A stretch of DNA of 64,000 nt from contig CBDBHR010000027.1 in assembly GCA_965205865.1 (NCBI GenBank), positions 32,001 to 96,000 on the forward strand, in the 5' to 3' direction. The notes beneath the pieces are model-generated. The model ran no database searches. It saw nothing but the letters and a program-made list of their open reading frames with translations, and was not told the DNA's origin. Each line of letters starts with the position of its first letter. Position 1 is the first letter of the stretch. Made by a program: the position numbers and the translations under genes. This DNA is from a bacterium (GTDB lineage Bacteria; SAR324; NAC60-12). Below, piece by piece: positions 1 through 9,705 of this stretch.

Positions 1-1243
1 CGGGAATGAGAGTTACCAGAAAACAAATGGCAAACGAGGTCAAGGCGATCACTCCGATTTCCGGCCATTCTATCGAGACAGGAATGCGATTGCCGCCGGG
101 ATAGACTCCCGGAGGGATCTCCACGATATTGAAATTGAGCAGCACCCAACAAATTGACAATCCCAGCAATAAACCAAAGAAGGTTCCGAACACGCCGATC
201 ATCACGCCCTGCAACATGAAGATGGAAAGTACACTGCGGTCGGTCGCCCCCAACGACTTGAGGATGGCGATTTCCTTTGTTTTCTCCAGAACCAGCATCG
301 TCAGCGAACTGATGATATTGAATGCTGCCACCAGGACGATGAGAGCCAGCACGATGAAGAGGGCCAGTTTTTCAAGTTTCATCAATTGAAAAATACTTTT
401 ATTTTCACTGGCCCAGTCGTTGACGATGTAGAGCTTCAAGTCCTCTTGTAACTCGGCAGCGACTCGGGTCGCCTCGACCGGATCGGCAATACTCACTCCA
501 ATCCCCGTAACGCGCTCGCCCATGTTGTAAATCTTCTGCGCCAGCCGATAGTCCACAAAGGCCAGCACTTCATCGTAACCGGAGATTCCTGATTCGAAAA
601 TGCCGATCACCTCCAGTATTTTTGCCCGAGGGACATCGCCCACAGGCGTCATACGAGTTTCCGAGGAAATGAGTTTTACCGTATCCCCGAGGATCACCCC
701 CAGTCCCTGTGCCAGGGAAGCGCCTAAAATAACACCGTCACTTTTCTTCGCGTCACCGGAGCGTTCATATGACAAACGGGAAAGGATGTCCCGCGCAATA
801 CCTTGCTGTTCTTCAAGGGAAGGCGGTTCCGGAGGGTAGATTTCCTGACGCAGGAAAGAGGCGATTTCAGTCACTTGGAATTCGCGTTCCGGATCGATGC
901 CTCGAATCAAAGCACCTTTGGGGAGTTCATCGCCAATGATCATCGCCTGCTGGTAGATATGAGGGGCGGTATGCCGCACTTCGGAATGCCGCATGATGCG
1001 TTCTTGCAGTTTTTCGATTTCCGTTGCCCCTCCACGCACTCCGAAGACGGTCACATGAGGCAGTGAGCCGGTAATGGCTTTGCGCAGGTTATCACGGAAT
1101 CCATTCATCAGAGACGTCGAAACAATCAGAGCCACCACGCCGATCATCACTCCGCATATCGATATCCAGGTGATAACGGAAATCGAACGGTCTTTACGCC
1201 GGGATAGCAAGTAGCGCAGTCCAATATATATTTCATAACGCAT
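1..1243 (-). CDS. LolC/LolE-family lipoprotein-releasing ABC permease (3' end runs off the window)
   Basis: Not in ORF track. ATG at 1243 (-) reads MRYEIYIGLRYLLSRR..SVITWISICGVMIGVVALIVSTSLMNGF; C-terminal part has LIVLVAAFNIISSLTMLVLEKTKEIAILKSLGA and GVYPGGNRIPV. Confidence 0.9.
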   Translation of the reverse strand, partial: MRYEIYIGLRYLLSRRKDRSISVITWISICGVMIGVVALIVSTSLMNGFRDNLRKAITGSLPHVTVFGVRGGATEIEKLQERIMRHSEVRHTAPHIYQQAMIIGDELPKGALIRGIDPEREFQVTEIASFLRQEIYPPEPPSLEEQQGIARDILSRLSYERSGDAKKSDGVILGASLAQGLGVILGDTVKLISSETRMTPVGDVPRAKILEVIGIFESGISGYDEVLAFVDYRLAQKIYNMGERVTGIGVSIADPVEATRVAAELQEDLKLYIVNDWASENKSIFQLMKLEKLALFIVLALIVLVAAFNIISSLTMLVLEKTKEIAILKSLGATDRSVLSIFMLQGVMIGVFGTFFGLLLGLSICWVLLNFNIVEIPPGVYPGGNRIPVSIEWPEIGVIALTSFAICFLVTLIP

Positions 1244-1258
1244 GAAACAGCTCAATTA

Positions 1259-1436
1259 CGGATGGAAGGCTCAGTGTCCCCCTCACCCTGGCCCTCTCCC
1301 TCAAGGGGAGAGGGAAGAACGGATGGAAGGCTCAGTGTCCCCCTCACCCTGGCCCTCTCCCTCAAGGGGAGAGGGAAGAACGGATGGAAGGCTCAGTGTC
1401 CCCCTCACCCTGGCCCTCTCCCTCAAGGGGAGAGGG
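1259..1436. repeat. 3 x 61-bp tandem repeat containing the palindrome CCCTCACCCTGGCCCTCTCCC-TCA-AGGGGAGAGGG
   Basis: Unit starts (cggatggaaggctcagtg) at 1259, 1320 and 1381; the third unit supplies the alaS stop codon. Confidence 0.95.
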
Positions 1437-4263
1437 GAGAGTTGATATGGCGCGCCTGCAAATATTGTTCGATCAGGGATGGTGCCTGGCGCAGGGCGTC
1501 TGCCAGTTTTCCCGGAGATTTTGCGCCTGCCTGGGCCAGGTGTGGTTTGCCACCCCCTCGTCCGTCAGCCAGCGCGGCCACGAGATTGATCACCTCTCCC
1601 GCTTTGACTTTCCGGGAAACCAGGTGGTCGGAAACGACGCACAAGAAGGAAACTTTCCCGTTCAGCTCGGCCGCCAGCACCGCCAGCCCCGGATCGAGCT
1701 GCTTCCGTAACGAATCTCCAAGGCTTTTGAAGGCGTCCATGGAATCGATTTCCACTTTTGAAACCACCACCTGCACCCCGGCAACGGCATGAGCTTGTTT
1801 GAGCAGATGACCCGCGCCTCCTGCGGCAGATGCTTTTTTCAAGGCCAGCAGTTCTTTTTCCAATTGACGCTTCTCTTCGAGCATCTGATGGACCAGGGAT
1901 GCCATTTCCCCGGTAGAGACGTTGAGCAATCGACGCAGGTGATGGATGGCTTTTCCTTCTTCGCGGGCCATGCGTTCCGATTCCGGGCCGGTAACCGCCA
2001 CAATGCGGCGGATTCCTGACGCAATACTCGCTTCTGACAAAATGCGAAATTGGCCGATTTCCCCGGTCGCTCTCACGTGGCATCCGCCGCACAGTTCCGA
2101 AGAATAGTCAGCCGCCTGCACGACCCGCACCCGGTCGTCATATTTTTCTCCAAAAAGGGCAATAATTCCACTGGCAATGGCTTGATCGTATTCGGTTTCA
2201 TAAATATCGAGGGGGATATTTTCCCTGATTTTTTGATTGATCAACCCTTCGATCTCCAGCGCTTGTAGTTCGCTTAGTTTTTCAAAATGCGTGAAATCGA
2301 ATCGTAGATAATCCGGATGTACCACCGAGCCGGCTTGATTGACGTGGCTGCCCAAGACCCCTCTCAAAGCCGAGTGTAACAAATGCGTGGCGGTGTGATT
2401 GTAGGTTGTCGTCAAGCGCAGTTTCCTGTCGACTTCGGCCTTCATCGGACTTTCCGAGGGGGATGAATTGCCTTCCACGATATGAACAATCGCGTCTCCA
2501 TCCTTTTGGACGTCGACCACGGTCCATTGTTTTTCCCACGCTGTTGTTGGATCGATGGAGTGGGAACCCTCAATTGCGAATTGGCAGGCTCGGTCTCCCC
2601 CCTCACCCTGGCCCTCTCCCTCCGGGGGAGAGGGAACTTTATTGATTGAGTGGGAATCCTCTCTCGTATCAGCTCCTTGTTGCCTCAGCCAGCCATGATC
2701 GGCCACTTGTCCTCCTGCTTCGGCATAGAATGGGCTTTGATCCAAAATTATCAACCACTGCCCCTGCTCATTGCGAGCGTACCTGCGTATGGTAGAAATG
2801 GTGGTATGCGCGTGGTAACCCACAAAGCGAGAATGGGGACCTTCACTGACAATCCGCCAATTTTCAATAGTCGATTTGAATCTTGCAGCCTCTCGAGCCC
2901 GGGTACGCTGTTGTTCCATGCATTGTTCAAAGCCTGCTTCATCGATGGAATAGTGACGCTCCTCACAAAGCAGACGTGTCAAATCAATTGGAAATCCATA
3001 GGTGTCGTACAAGCGGAAAACGTCTTCTCCGCATAGCCGGTGATTGGTCCGGGTTTCGGGCTGTTGCATCATCTGCTCGAAGATTTCCAAACCCCGGTCC
3101 AGGGTCTGACCAAAACTTTCTTCTTCCGCCTGTATGACTCCGGATACGTGTTTTTCCTGCGCTGCAATTTCCGGGAATGATCCTCCCATATACTGCGCGA
3201 GGTGAGGAACGAGCAGGTGCAGGAAAGGTTCTCTCATTCCAAGCGTACGGCCATAGCGGGTCGCTCGCCGCAACATGCGCCGCAACACGTACCCTCGTCC
3301 TTCGTTGGAAGGAATGGCGCCATCGGCAATCGCAAAGGTCAGGGAGCGCAGATGGTCAGCGATCACTCGAAATGCGACACCGACTTCACCGTCCGCGTAT
3401 GACTTGCCGGTCGTCTGGGAAATCGCCTCCAGAAGCGGCGTGAACAGATCGGTATCATAGTTCGAATCCACCTTTTGCAAAACCCGGCAAATGCGTTCCA
3501 GTCCCATCCCGGTGTCGACGTGTTTGGCCGGCAATTTTTCCAGAATTCCGCAAGCGTCCCGGTTGTATTGTATGAAAACCAGATTCCACAATTCGACAAA
3601 ACGCCAGCAGCCTTCCACGTTGACGGCGCACCGGTGTTCCCCGGAAAGGGGACAGGCGCCTTCTCCCAAGTCGATATGAATTTCGGAGCAGGGGCCACAA
3701 GGACCCGTTTCGCCCATTTCCCAGAAATTATCCTTTTTGTTGCAGCGTAAAATCTGCTCATGACGAACGTCCGTGCAAGATTTCCACAAATCCTCGGCCT
3801 CCAGGTCCGGCTCCAGATTCTCTTTGGCATTCCCTTCCCCCATTGTTGTCTGATCGACTCGGCGGGAACCCTCGAATACCGTGGCCCATAATTTATCCGC
3901 GGGCAATCCCCATCGATCAACCATCAACTCCCAGGCCCAGCGGATTGCATCTTCCTTGAAATATTCTCCGAAGGACCAGTTGCCCAGCATCTCGAAAAAA
4001 GTATGGTGAAAATTATCGTGTCCCACGTCTTCCAAGTCATTGTGCTTGCCACTGGCGCGGATGCATTTCTGGGAATTGACGGCCCGCTTGTAATCACGAG
4101 CGCCTGTTTCCAGGAAAATATCCTTGAACTGATTCATGCCGGCATTGGTGAACAAAAGAGTCGGATCATCCACCGGCACCACCGGCGAACTGCGCACGAA
4201 GCGGTGTCCTTTGGATTCAAAGAATGAAATGAATTCCTGTCGGATTTGTTGGGACGTCTTCAT
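1423..4263 (-). CDS. alaS: Alanine--tRNA ligase
   Basis: LLFTNAGMNQFK, HHTFFEMLGNWSFG, DTGMGLER, editing motifs HTATHLLH and ELCGGCHV, C-terminal GRGGGKP. Confidence 0.98.
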   Translation of the reverse strand: MKTSQQIRQEFISFFESKGHRFVRSSPVVPVDDPTLLFTNAGMNQFKDIFLETGARDYKRAVNSQKCIRASGKHNDLEDVGHDNFHHTFFEMLGNWSFGEYFKEDAIRWAWELMVDRWGLPADKLWATVFEGSRRVDQTTMGEGNAKENLEPDLEAEDLWKSCTDVRHEQILRCNKKDNFWEMGETGPCGPCSEIHIDLGEGACPLSGEHRCAVNVEGCWRFVELWNLVFIQYNRDACGILEKLPAKHVDTGMGLERICRVLQKVDSNYDTDLFTPLLEAISQTTGKSYADGEVGVAFRVIADHLRSLTFAIADGAIPSNEGRGYVLRRMLRRATRYGRTLGMREPFLHLLVPHLAQYMGGSFPEIAAQEKHVSGVIQAEEESFGQTLDRGLEIFEQMMQQPETRTNHRLCGEDVFRLYDTYGFPIDLTRLLCEERHYSIDEAGFEQCMEQQRTRAREAARFKSTIENWRIVSEGPHSRFVGYHAHTTISTIRRYARNEQGQWLIILDQSPFYAEAGGQVADHGWLRQQGADTREDSHSINKVPSPPEGEGQGEGGDRACQFAIEGSHSIDPTTAWEKQWTVVDVQKDGDAIVHIVEGNSSPSESPMKAEVDRKLRLTTTYNHTATHLLHSALRGVLGSHVNQAGSVVHPDYLRFDFTHFEKLSELQALEIEGLINQKIRENIPLDIYETEYDQAIASGIIALFGEKYDDRVRVVQAADYSSELCGGCHVRATGEIGQFRILSEASIASGIRRIVAVTGPESERMAREEGKAIHHLRRLLNVSTGEMASLVHQMLEEKRQLEKELLALKKASAAGGAGHLLKQAHAVAGVQVVVSKVEIDSMDAFKSLGDSLRKQLDPGLAVLAAELNGKVSFLCVVSDHLVSRKVKAGEVINLVAALADGRGGGKPHLAQAGAKSPGKLADALRQAPSLIEQYLQARHINSPLSP
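2551..2661. repeat. In-frame palindromic element inside alaS, flanked by 21-nt imperfect direct repeats
   Basis: cccctcaccctggccctctccctccgggggagaggg at ~2597-2634; near-identical 21-mers at 2551 and 2641, 90 bp apart. Confidence 0.85.
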
Positions 4264-4457
4264 TGATTACCCTTTGACGAAGCCTGAAAAAAGCCTTCTT
4301 ACCAAGTAACTCGGTTTTGCTTCATCCATTCTTTCATTTCCTCACCGAGAGGAATCAATCCTCCCTTTTTCGCTCTGAGCGGATTCTCCGCTCCCATCGA
4401 CTCTACTTCGGCATTGCGCAATTTGCAATGCCAGCATGTTTTGCCGGACTATTCGGA

Positions 4458-5549
4458 TCAGCCCTTTTCCCGGGCAAACTCTTCCATGAAGGCTACCAGG
4501 GCTTCGATCCCTTCCATCGGCATGGCATTGTAGATCGACGCCCTCACTCCTCCCACGATTCGATGTCCTTTGAGGGCAAACAACCCATGCAGGGCTGCTT
4601 CTTTGAGAAAGATTTGAAGCAATTTCTCGCTACGCAAGTGGAAAGTAACATTCATCAAGGAACGGTGATCCGCATGGGCAGGCGGTTTATAGAAATCCGA
4701 AGAGTCAAGGACCTGATACAGGCGAGCCGCTTTTTTCCGATTGAGGGCTTCAATGACGGAGATTCCACCTTGTTTTTCCATCCATTTCAGAACCAAGTGG
4801 GCAATGTAAATTCCAATGGTGTTGGCAGTATTGAGGAGGGAATTGCTTTCGGCGATTTCTTTATAATTGAGAAGCATTGGTGTTTCAGGCAAGGCATGTT
4901 CCAACAAATCTTCCCGTACGATCACGATAGCCACTCCGGGAGGTCCCAGGTTTTTCTGCAGACTGGCATAAGTCACTCCGAACTGAGAAAAATCGACGAC
5001 GCGACAAAGAATGTCGGAAGTCGCGTCAACTACCAGAGGTAAATTTCCTGTTTTCGGGAAAGCCTTCCACTGAGTTCCCATTATCGTGTTGTTCGACGTG
5101 ATATGGATATAGGAAGCTGCGGGATCCAGGTGGGTCGCATCGATCGGGGGAATCCGGTCATACGCCGTCCCGGCGCTGCTGGCGATTGTTTGGATTTTTC
5201 CATATCGCTTCGCTTCCTCAATTGCCTGCTTTGAAAAAAAACCACTTTCCACGTAAAGGGCTTTTTTCCGCGAGGATCGCGCAATCAAATTCAGCGGAAC
5301 CGCTGAAAATTGCATTCTCCCACCTCCGTGGAGAAAAATGACCTTGTAGTGCTCCGGGAGGTTTGTCAGTCTTCGAAATATGCGAATGCTTTCATCCACT
5401 ATATTTTCAAACTCTTTAGAGCGATGACCGAGCTCTGCAATCGAGACGCCCAGACCTTGAAAATCCAAAAATTCCGCCTGTACTTGTTCCATGACCGGCC
5501 TTGGTAGCATGGTCGGTCCGGCTCCAAAGTTAAAAATACGTTGTGTCAT
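4458..5549 (-). CDS. serC: Phosphoserine aminotransferase
   Basis: FNFGAGP start, GHRSKEF, PLP-lysine motif ASLQKNLGP, RSLMNVTF, LKGHRIVGGVRASIYNAM. Confidence 0.96.
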   Translation of the reverse strand: MTQRIFNFGAGPTMLPRPVMEQVQAEFLDFQGLGVSIAELGHRSKEFENIVDESIRIFRRLTNLPEHYKVIFLHGGGRMQFSAVPLNLIARSSRKKALYVESGFFSKQAIEEAKRYGKIQTIASSAGTAYDRIPPIDATHLDPAASYIHITSNNTIMGTQWKAFPKTGNLPLVVDATSDILCRVVDFSQFGVTYASLQKNLGPPGVAIVIVREDLLEHALPETPMLLNYKEIAESNSLLNTANTIGIYIAHLVLKWMEKQGGISVIEALNRKKAARLYQVLDSSDFYKPPAHADHRSLMNVTFHLRSEKLLQIFLKEAALHGLFALKGHRIVGGVRASIYNAMPMEGIEALVAFMEEFAREKG

Positions 5550-5702
5550 TGACTGCTAATCGAATGAGGGTCGTTTATCTTACAAGGTTTTGAAAGAGGG
5601 TTGAAAAATGAATACTCGAGGATCCTTGACTTCAGAACAATCCAGTCAAAAACTCCGGCCAGGAAAAAGCGCTTTCAGGCATATTTGGCGTCCTGTTATT
5701 TT

Positions 5703-6317
5703 TCAAGATCCTGGTGCTGGAGGAATCCTCATCCGTTCGATTGTTGTGACAATCACTTTTGTGGCGTGATCGAATTCCAAATTAACAGAATGTCGGACTT
5801 CTTTAAAGCCCAAAGTAGTGCGCGCCAGGGTTTCAGGGATCAAGCAGACAGAGAAATGATCTGCTGCGACGGAAACGACTGTCAAGCTGATGCCATCCAC
5901 GGCAATCCATCCTTTGGGGATCATGTATTTGTGCCATCGTGGATCATGGTGAATGAAAACTTCTCGATTATTGGCAGTGGCGTGAATATCCAGAATAGTA
6001 CCGGTCGCGTCCACGTGTCCCATCAGATGATGGCCGCCGATTTCATCACCGACCCGACAAGAGCGTTCGACGTTTACCAGGTCTCCAGGTTTCAATATGC
6101 CGACATTGGTGCAGTTGAGCGTTTCCTGAATGACATCGAATGTCGCCACTCCGTCCCGGAGGGCGACCGTGGTTAAGCAAGTGCCATTGATGGCAACGCT
6201 GGCGCCGACCTCGAGTTCTCGACTGAAGTCATCCAGGGCAATGACCAACTGCCTTCTTCCATTTTTTTCCACCACCGATTCTACGGGGCGTAAGCCTTTC
6301 ACGATTCCGGTAAACAT
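5703..6317 (-). CDS. ribE: Riboflavin synthase (alpha chain)
   Basis: MFTGIV N-terminus, GASVAINGTCLT, GGHHLMGHVD, KGWIAVDGISLTV. Confidence 0.95.
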   Translation of the reverse strand: MFTGIVKGLRPVESVVEKNGRRQLVIALDDFSRELEVGASVAINGTCLTTVALRDGVATFDVIQETLNCTNVGILKPGDLVNVERSCRVGDEIGGHHLMGHVDATGTILDIHATANNREVFIHHDPRWHKYMIPKGWIAVDGISLTVVSVAADHFSVCLIPETLARTTLGFKEVRHSVNLEFDHATKVIVTTIERMRIPPAPGS

Positions 6318-6545
6318 GCTTCAAAGTCTCATTTTTATGCTGAATCCGAATCCCCCATGCGGCCATGATGACAATGATAAGGGATAAAACAGGGTGGACA
6401 TGGATACTATCACAGGTAATCTTGCAGGACAATTCCTCCTTTGCAGAGATATGGATCTCGATATTGGACACTGCCGGATTTTACGATCCAATATGCTGGT
6501 AGACAGGAGCTGCCACCTCTGATAATTTATGTTGAATTCGCATGA

Positions 6546-8447
6546 ATGCTCTTCTTGAATTTTATTTCGAGTGCCAAGATGATCCCTTCCGCTTCCACTG
6601 TCGAAAAAAGAATCTCCAAATTGCTGCAAAAGCTCGAGCAGCATGAAATTGACGTCTATCTCGTGCCTTCCATGGATGAACATCTCAACGAGTTTGTTCC
6701 GCAATACAAGCAACGTCTGAAAGCAATAACCGGTTTTTCCGGCTCCGCGGGTACGGCGTTGTTCCGTCGTTGCGGAAAACATCAGCTTTTCGTGGACTCT
6801 CGTTACCACCTGCAAGCCGGGCATGAGGTTGCTGAAGATTGGTTTGTCGCGCAAAAGTTGGGATTGGAGGGAGTGCCCACTGTCGAACAATGGCTGGTCC
6901 GGGAGGCAAATCGCCAGCAGTCATTGAAAATTGGTTTTGATCCATTCACGATGAGCCCGAAAACTTACCGCCTTTATCTGAAAAATCTGAAATCCTCAGA
7001 TTCTCGATTGATCCCCATCATACCAAATCTGATCGACCAGGTATGGGAAGATCGACCGCAGGCGCCTTGCCAACCCTTTTATCTCCTCGATCTCAGTTGG
7101 ACTGGTGAGACGACGGCAGGCAAGCTGGAGCGTATCCGGGAAAAAATGCATGAATGTGGCGTACAGGCGCTGGTGCTCACCAAACTGGATGAAATCGCCT
7201 GGATCACGAACTCGAGAGGAAACGATATCGACTGCAATCCCGTTTTTGAAGCTTATTGCGTGATCGATTTGAATCAGGCCTTTTGTTTTACACTGGCAGA
7301 AGTTACGCCAGAGGTTCAACGGTCCATGAGCAACTGCTTCCAATTCAAGCCCTATGCGGCATACGAAGAGCATCTGCAATCATTGTCCAACCTTAAAATC
7401 TGGCTCGACCCTGCCAGTACTACGATGGGTACTTATCTGGCGCTTCATAAAAAAGGTCAAACTCACCAGGAAAGGGCTGGGTCTCAATATGAGAGAGAGA
7501 ATCCCGTCGTACTGATGAAAGCCTTGAAAAATCATACGGAAATCAAACAAATCCGCAAAGCCCACCATTATGCCGCCTGTGGAAAAATTCGCAGCTTCGT
7601 CAAACTCTATGAGCAGTTGGACCGAGGCGTATTCGTCAGTGAACGAAGCTACGCCGAGTCCCTCTACCAAGAATACAGCCGGCAAGAAGGATTTGTGGAC
7701 TTGAGTTTTCCCACCATCGCCGGGTTTGCCGAAAACAGCGCCATCGTGCATTATTCCAATCCCAGCGCTGAAAAACAGTTGATGGGGAGAAATATGTTGT
7801 TGGTAGACTCGGGCATCCAGATTGCGGGTGGCACGACGGACGATACGCGCACCCTGGCCATTGGTGAACCAACTGCCCGGCAAAAAACGATTTATACCAG
7901 AGTTTTGCAGTCCCACATCCGGTTGGCGCTTCAAAAATTTCCCGCAGGTACCCATGGCGCTTCTCTGGATGCCGTGGCCCGTTCTCCGCTATGGAATGAA
8001 GGAATGGACTATGGCCACGGCACGGGCCACGGCGTGGGAGCTTTTCTCAACGTCCACGAAGGACCACACAACATTTCCCCACTTTCACATAACGTTGATC
8101 TTCGTGCAGGCATGATAGTCTCCAACGAACCGGGTTATTATGAAACCGGTTGGGGTGGTGTTCGCTTGGAAAATCTCTATGTAGTGGTACCTTGCGATGA
8201 GCTTCCCCCCCATCCGGGAGGTAAATCCTGGTTGCAGTTTGATTCTTTGACCATGATCCCCTTCGACCGGCGGCTCATCGATCCTCGTTTGCTGCAAGAG
8301 GATGAACGGCGGTGGCTGCAGGATTACCACCAGAGGGTTTGGGATGAAATCTCCAGCTATCTGCAAGGTAGGGATCTGGAATGGCTGAAAGAGGCATGTC
8401 AACCTATTAAAAAATACCCCTCCCCTGGAGGGAGGGGTCGGGGGTGA
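6546..8447 (+). CDS. Aminopeptidase P family (M24) Xaa-Pro aminopeptidase
   Basis: TGFSGSAG, LVDSG..GTTDDTRT, DYGHGTGHGVG.FLNVHEGP, SNEPGYY, GVRLEN; exact start uncertain. Confidence 0.93.
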   Translation: MLFLNFISSAKMIPSASTVEKRISKLLQKLEQHEIDVYLVPSMDEHLNEFVPQYKQRLKAITGFSGSAGTALFRRCGKHQLFVDSRYHLQAGHEVAEDWFVAQKLGLEGVPTVEQWLVREANRQQSLKIGFDPFTMSPKTYRLYLKNLKSSDSRLIPIIPNLIDQVWEDRPQAPCQPFYLLDLSWTGETTAGKLERIREKMHECGVQALVLTKLDEIAWITNSRGNDIDCNPVFEAYCVIDLNQAFCFTLAEVTPEVQRSMSNCFQFKPYAAYEEHLQSLSNLKIWLDPASTTMGTYLALHKKGQTHQERAGSQYERENPVVLMKALKNHTEIKQIRKAHHYAACGKIRSFVKLYEQLDRGVFVSERSYAESLYQEYSRQEGFVDLSFPTIAGFAENSAIVHYSNPSAEKQLMGRNMLLVDSGIQIAGGTTDDTRTLAIGEPTARQKTIYTRVLQSHIRLALQKFPAGTHGASLDAVARSPLWNEGMDYGHGTGHGVGAFLNVHEGPHNISPLSHNVDLRAGMIVSNEPGYYETGWGGVRLENLYVVVPCDELPPHPGGKSWLQFDSLTMIPFDRRLIDPRLLQEDERRWLQDYHQRVWDEISSYLQGRDLEWLKEACQPIKKYPSPGGRGRG

Positions 8448-8465
8448 GGTGTCGCGGGGAGGGGG
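8417..8465. repeat. G/C-run palindromic element overlapping the aminopeptidase stop codon
   Basis: cccctcccctggagggaggggtcgggggtgagg; encodes the terminal PSPGGRGRG*. Confidence 0.8.
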
Positions 8466-8503
8466 AAAAAATCTATAAATGAAAGGCATTCCAGGTATAA
8501 TCA

Positions 8504-9357
8504 ATGAAATTTTACAAATACCATGCCCTCGGCAATGATTATCTCGTTTTGGATCCGGCCGACCTCCCCAACCCTTTGAAACCTGAACAAATCCAACGAA
8601 TTTGCCACCGGCATTTTGGTATCGGTTCCGATGGGATTCTCGTCGGTCGTCCTGAATCGATTGCAGGTGAATTTTCCTTGAGAATTTTCAATCCTGATGG
8701 CAGCGAAGCTGAAAAAAGCGGTAATGGCCTGCGTATTTTTGCCCGCTACCTATGGGACCGGGGACTGGTCGGGGAGTCTCCTTTCACCATCCTGACTGCC
8801 GGGGGAAAGGTTATTGCGACCGTTGATGAAAATGGTCACGAAATTACGGTCGAGATGGGAAAAGTCAGTTTCGAGAGCAAATCGATTCCGGTTACGGGTC
8901 CCTCCCGGGAAGTGATCGATGAAACAATGCGGATCGAAGGCAAAGACTTCAAATATTGCGCGGTAAGTATCGGCAATCCACACTGCGTTCTTGCGCGTAA
9001 AGTTCTTTCAGAAGCAGAAACGCGGCACTATGGACCTCTGCTGGAAAATGCGCCATGTTTTCCCAGGCGCACCAATGTCCAATTCATGCGGATTCTGATC
9101 GCAGTAACATCCAAATTCAAATATGGGAGCGTGGCGCAGGATACACGCTTGCTTCAGGTAGCAGCAGTTGCGCGGCGGCGGCAGTTGCTTATAAACTGGG
9201 ATTGTGTGATTCCCCAATCCACGTTCACATGCCTGGCGGGATCATTGATATTGCGATTTCATCCGATTTCCTCATCACCATGACCGGACCCGTCACTCGA
9301 GTCGCAAAAGGTTCACTTTCCTCTGAAATCATTTCGGAATTTCCTGGTTTATCCTGA
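8504..9357 (+). CDS. dapF: Diaminopimelate epimerase-like protein, apparent frameshift near 9095
   Basis: KYHALGNDY, RHFGIGSDG, FNPDGSEAEKSGNG, SIGNPH, FPRRTNVQF; continues in another frame as IWERGAGYTLASGS..MTGP. Confidence 0.88.
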
Positions 9358-9598
9358 GTTCGAGATAAGAATTTAATAAATTCAATATGTTATGGAATCT
9401 TCATATCTTAGAGAAACCTTGTCATTCCTGCGAGATCCCTGCGTACGCAGGGAAGGAATCCGGAGGTATGCAGCCAGACTGAAATCCGGATCCCCGCTCC
9501 CCGCTTTCGCGAGGACAAGTTTCGCGGGGACAAGTTTCGCGAGGATGACATATACACCAGGATACTCATATTATTGAAGATTTATGTCGAACTCAGGT
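9352..9598. mobile_element. MITE with (A/T)CC(T/C)GAGTTCGA terminal inverted repeats and an internal REP-like palindrome (copy 1)
   Basis: Ends cctgagttcga ... tcgaactcagg; near-identical reverse-complement copy at 54647-54862. Confidence 0.88.
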
Positions 9599-9705
9599 TT
9601 ATTATCAAACTGAGACACTACCTTTCAGCCAATTTTATTGAAATGGGGGATCACAAACGATATGGTAAATTTTATATAGCTTTTACAGTTTAAGGATAAA
9701 TTTTC

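Noticed and set aside
1259-1436. Possible CRISPR array, or the short ORFs drawn over the 61-bp repeats
   Set aside because: No variable spacers; the ORFs are translations of the repeat on the strand opposite alaS.
6318-6545. FMN riboswitch upstream of riboflavin synthase
   Set aside because: No RFN consensus segments are visible.
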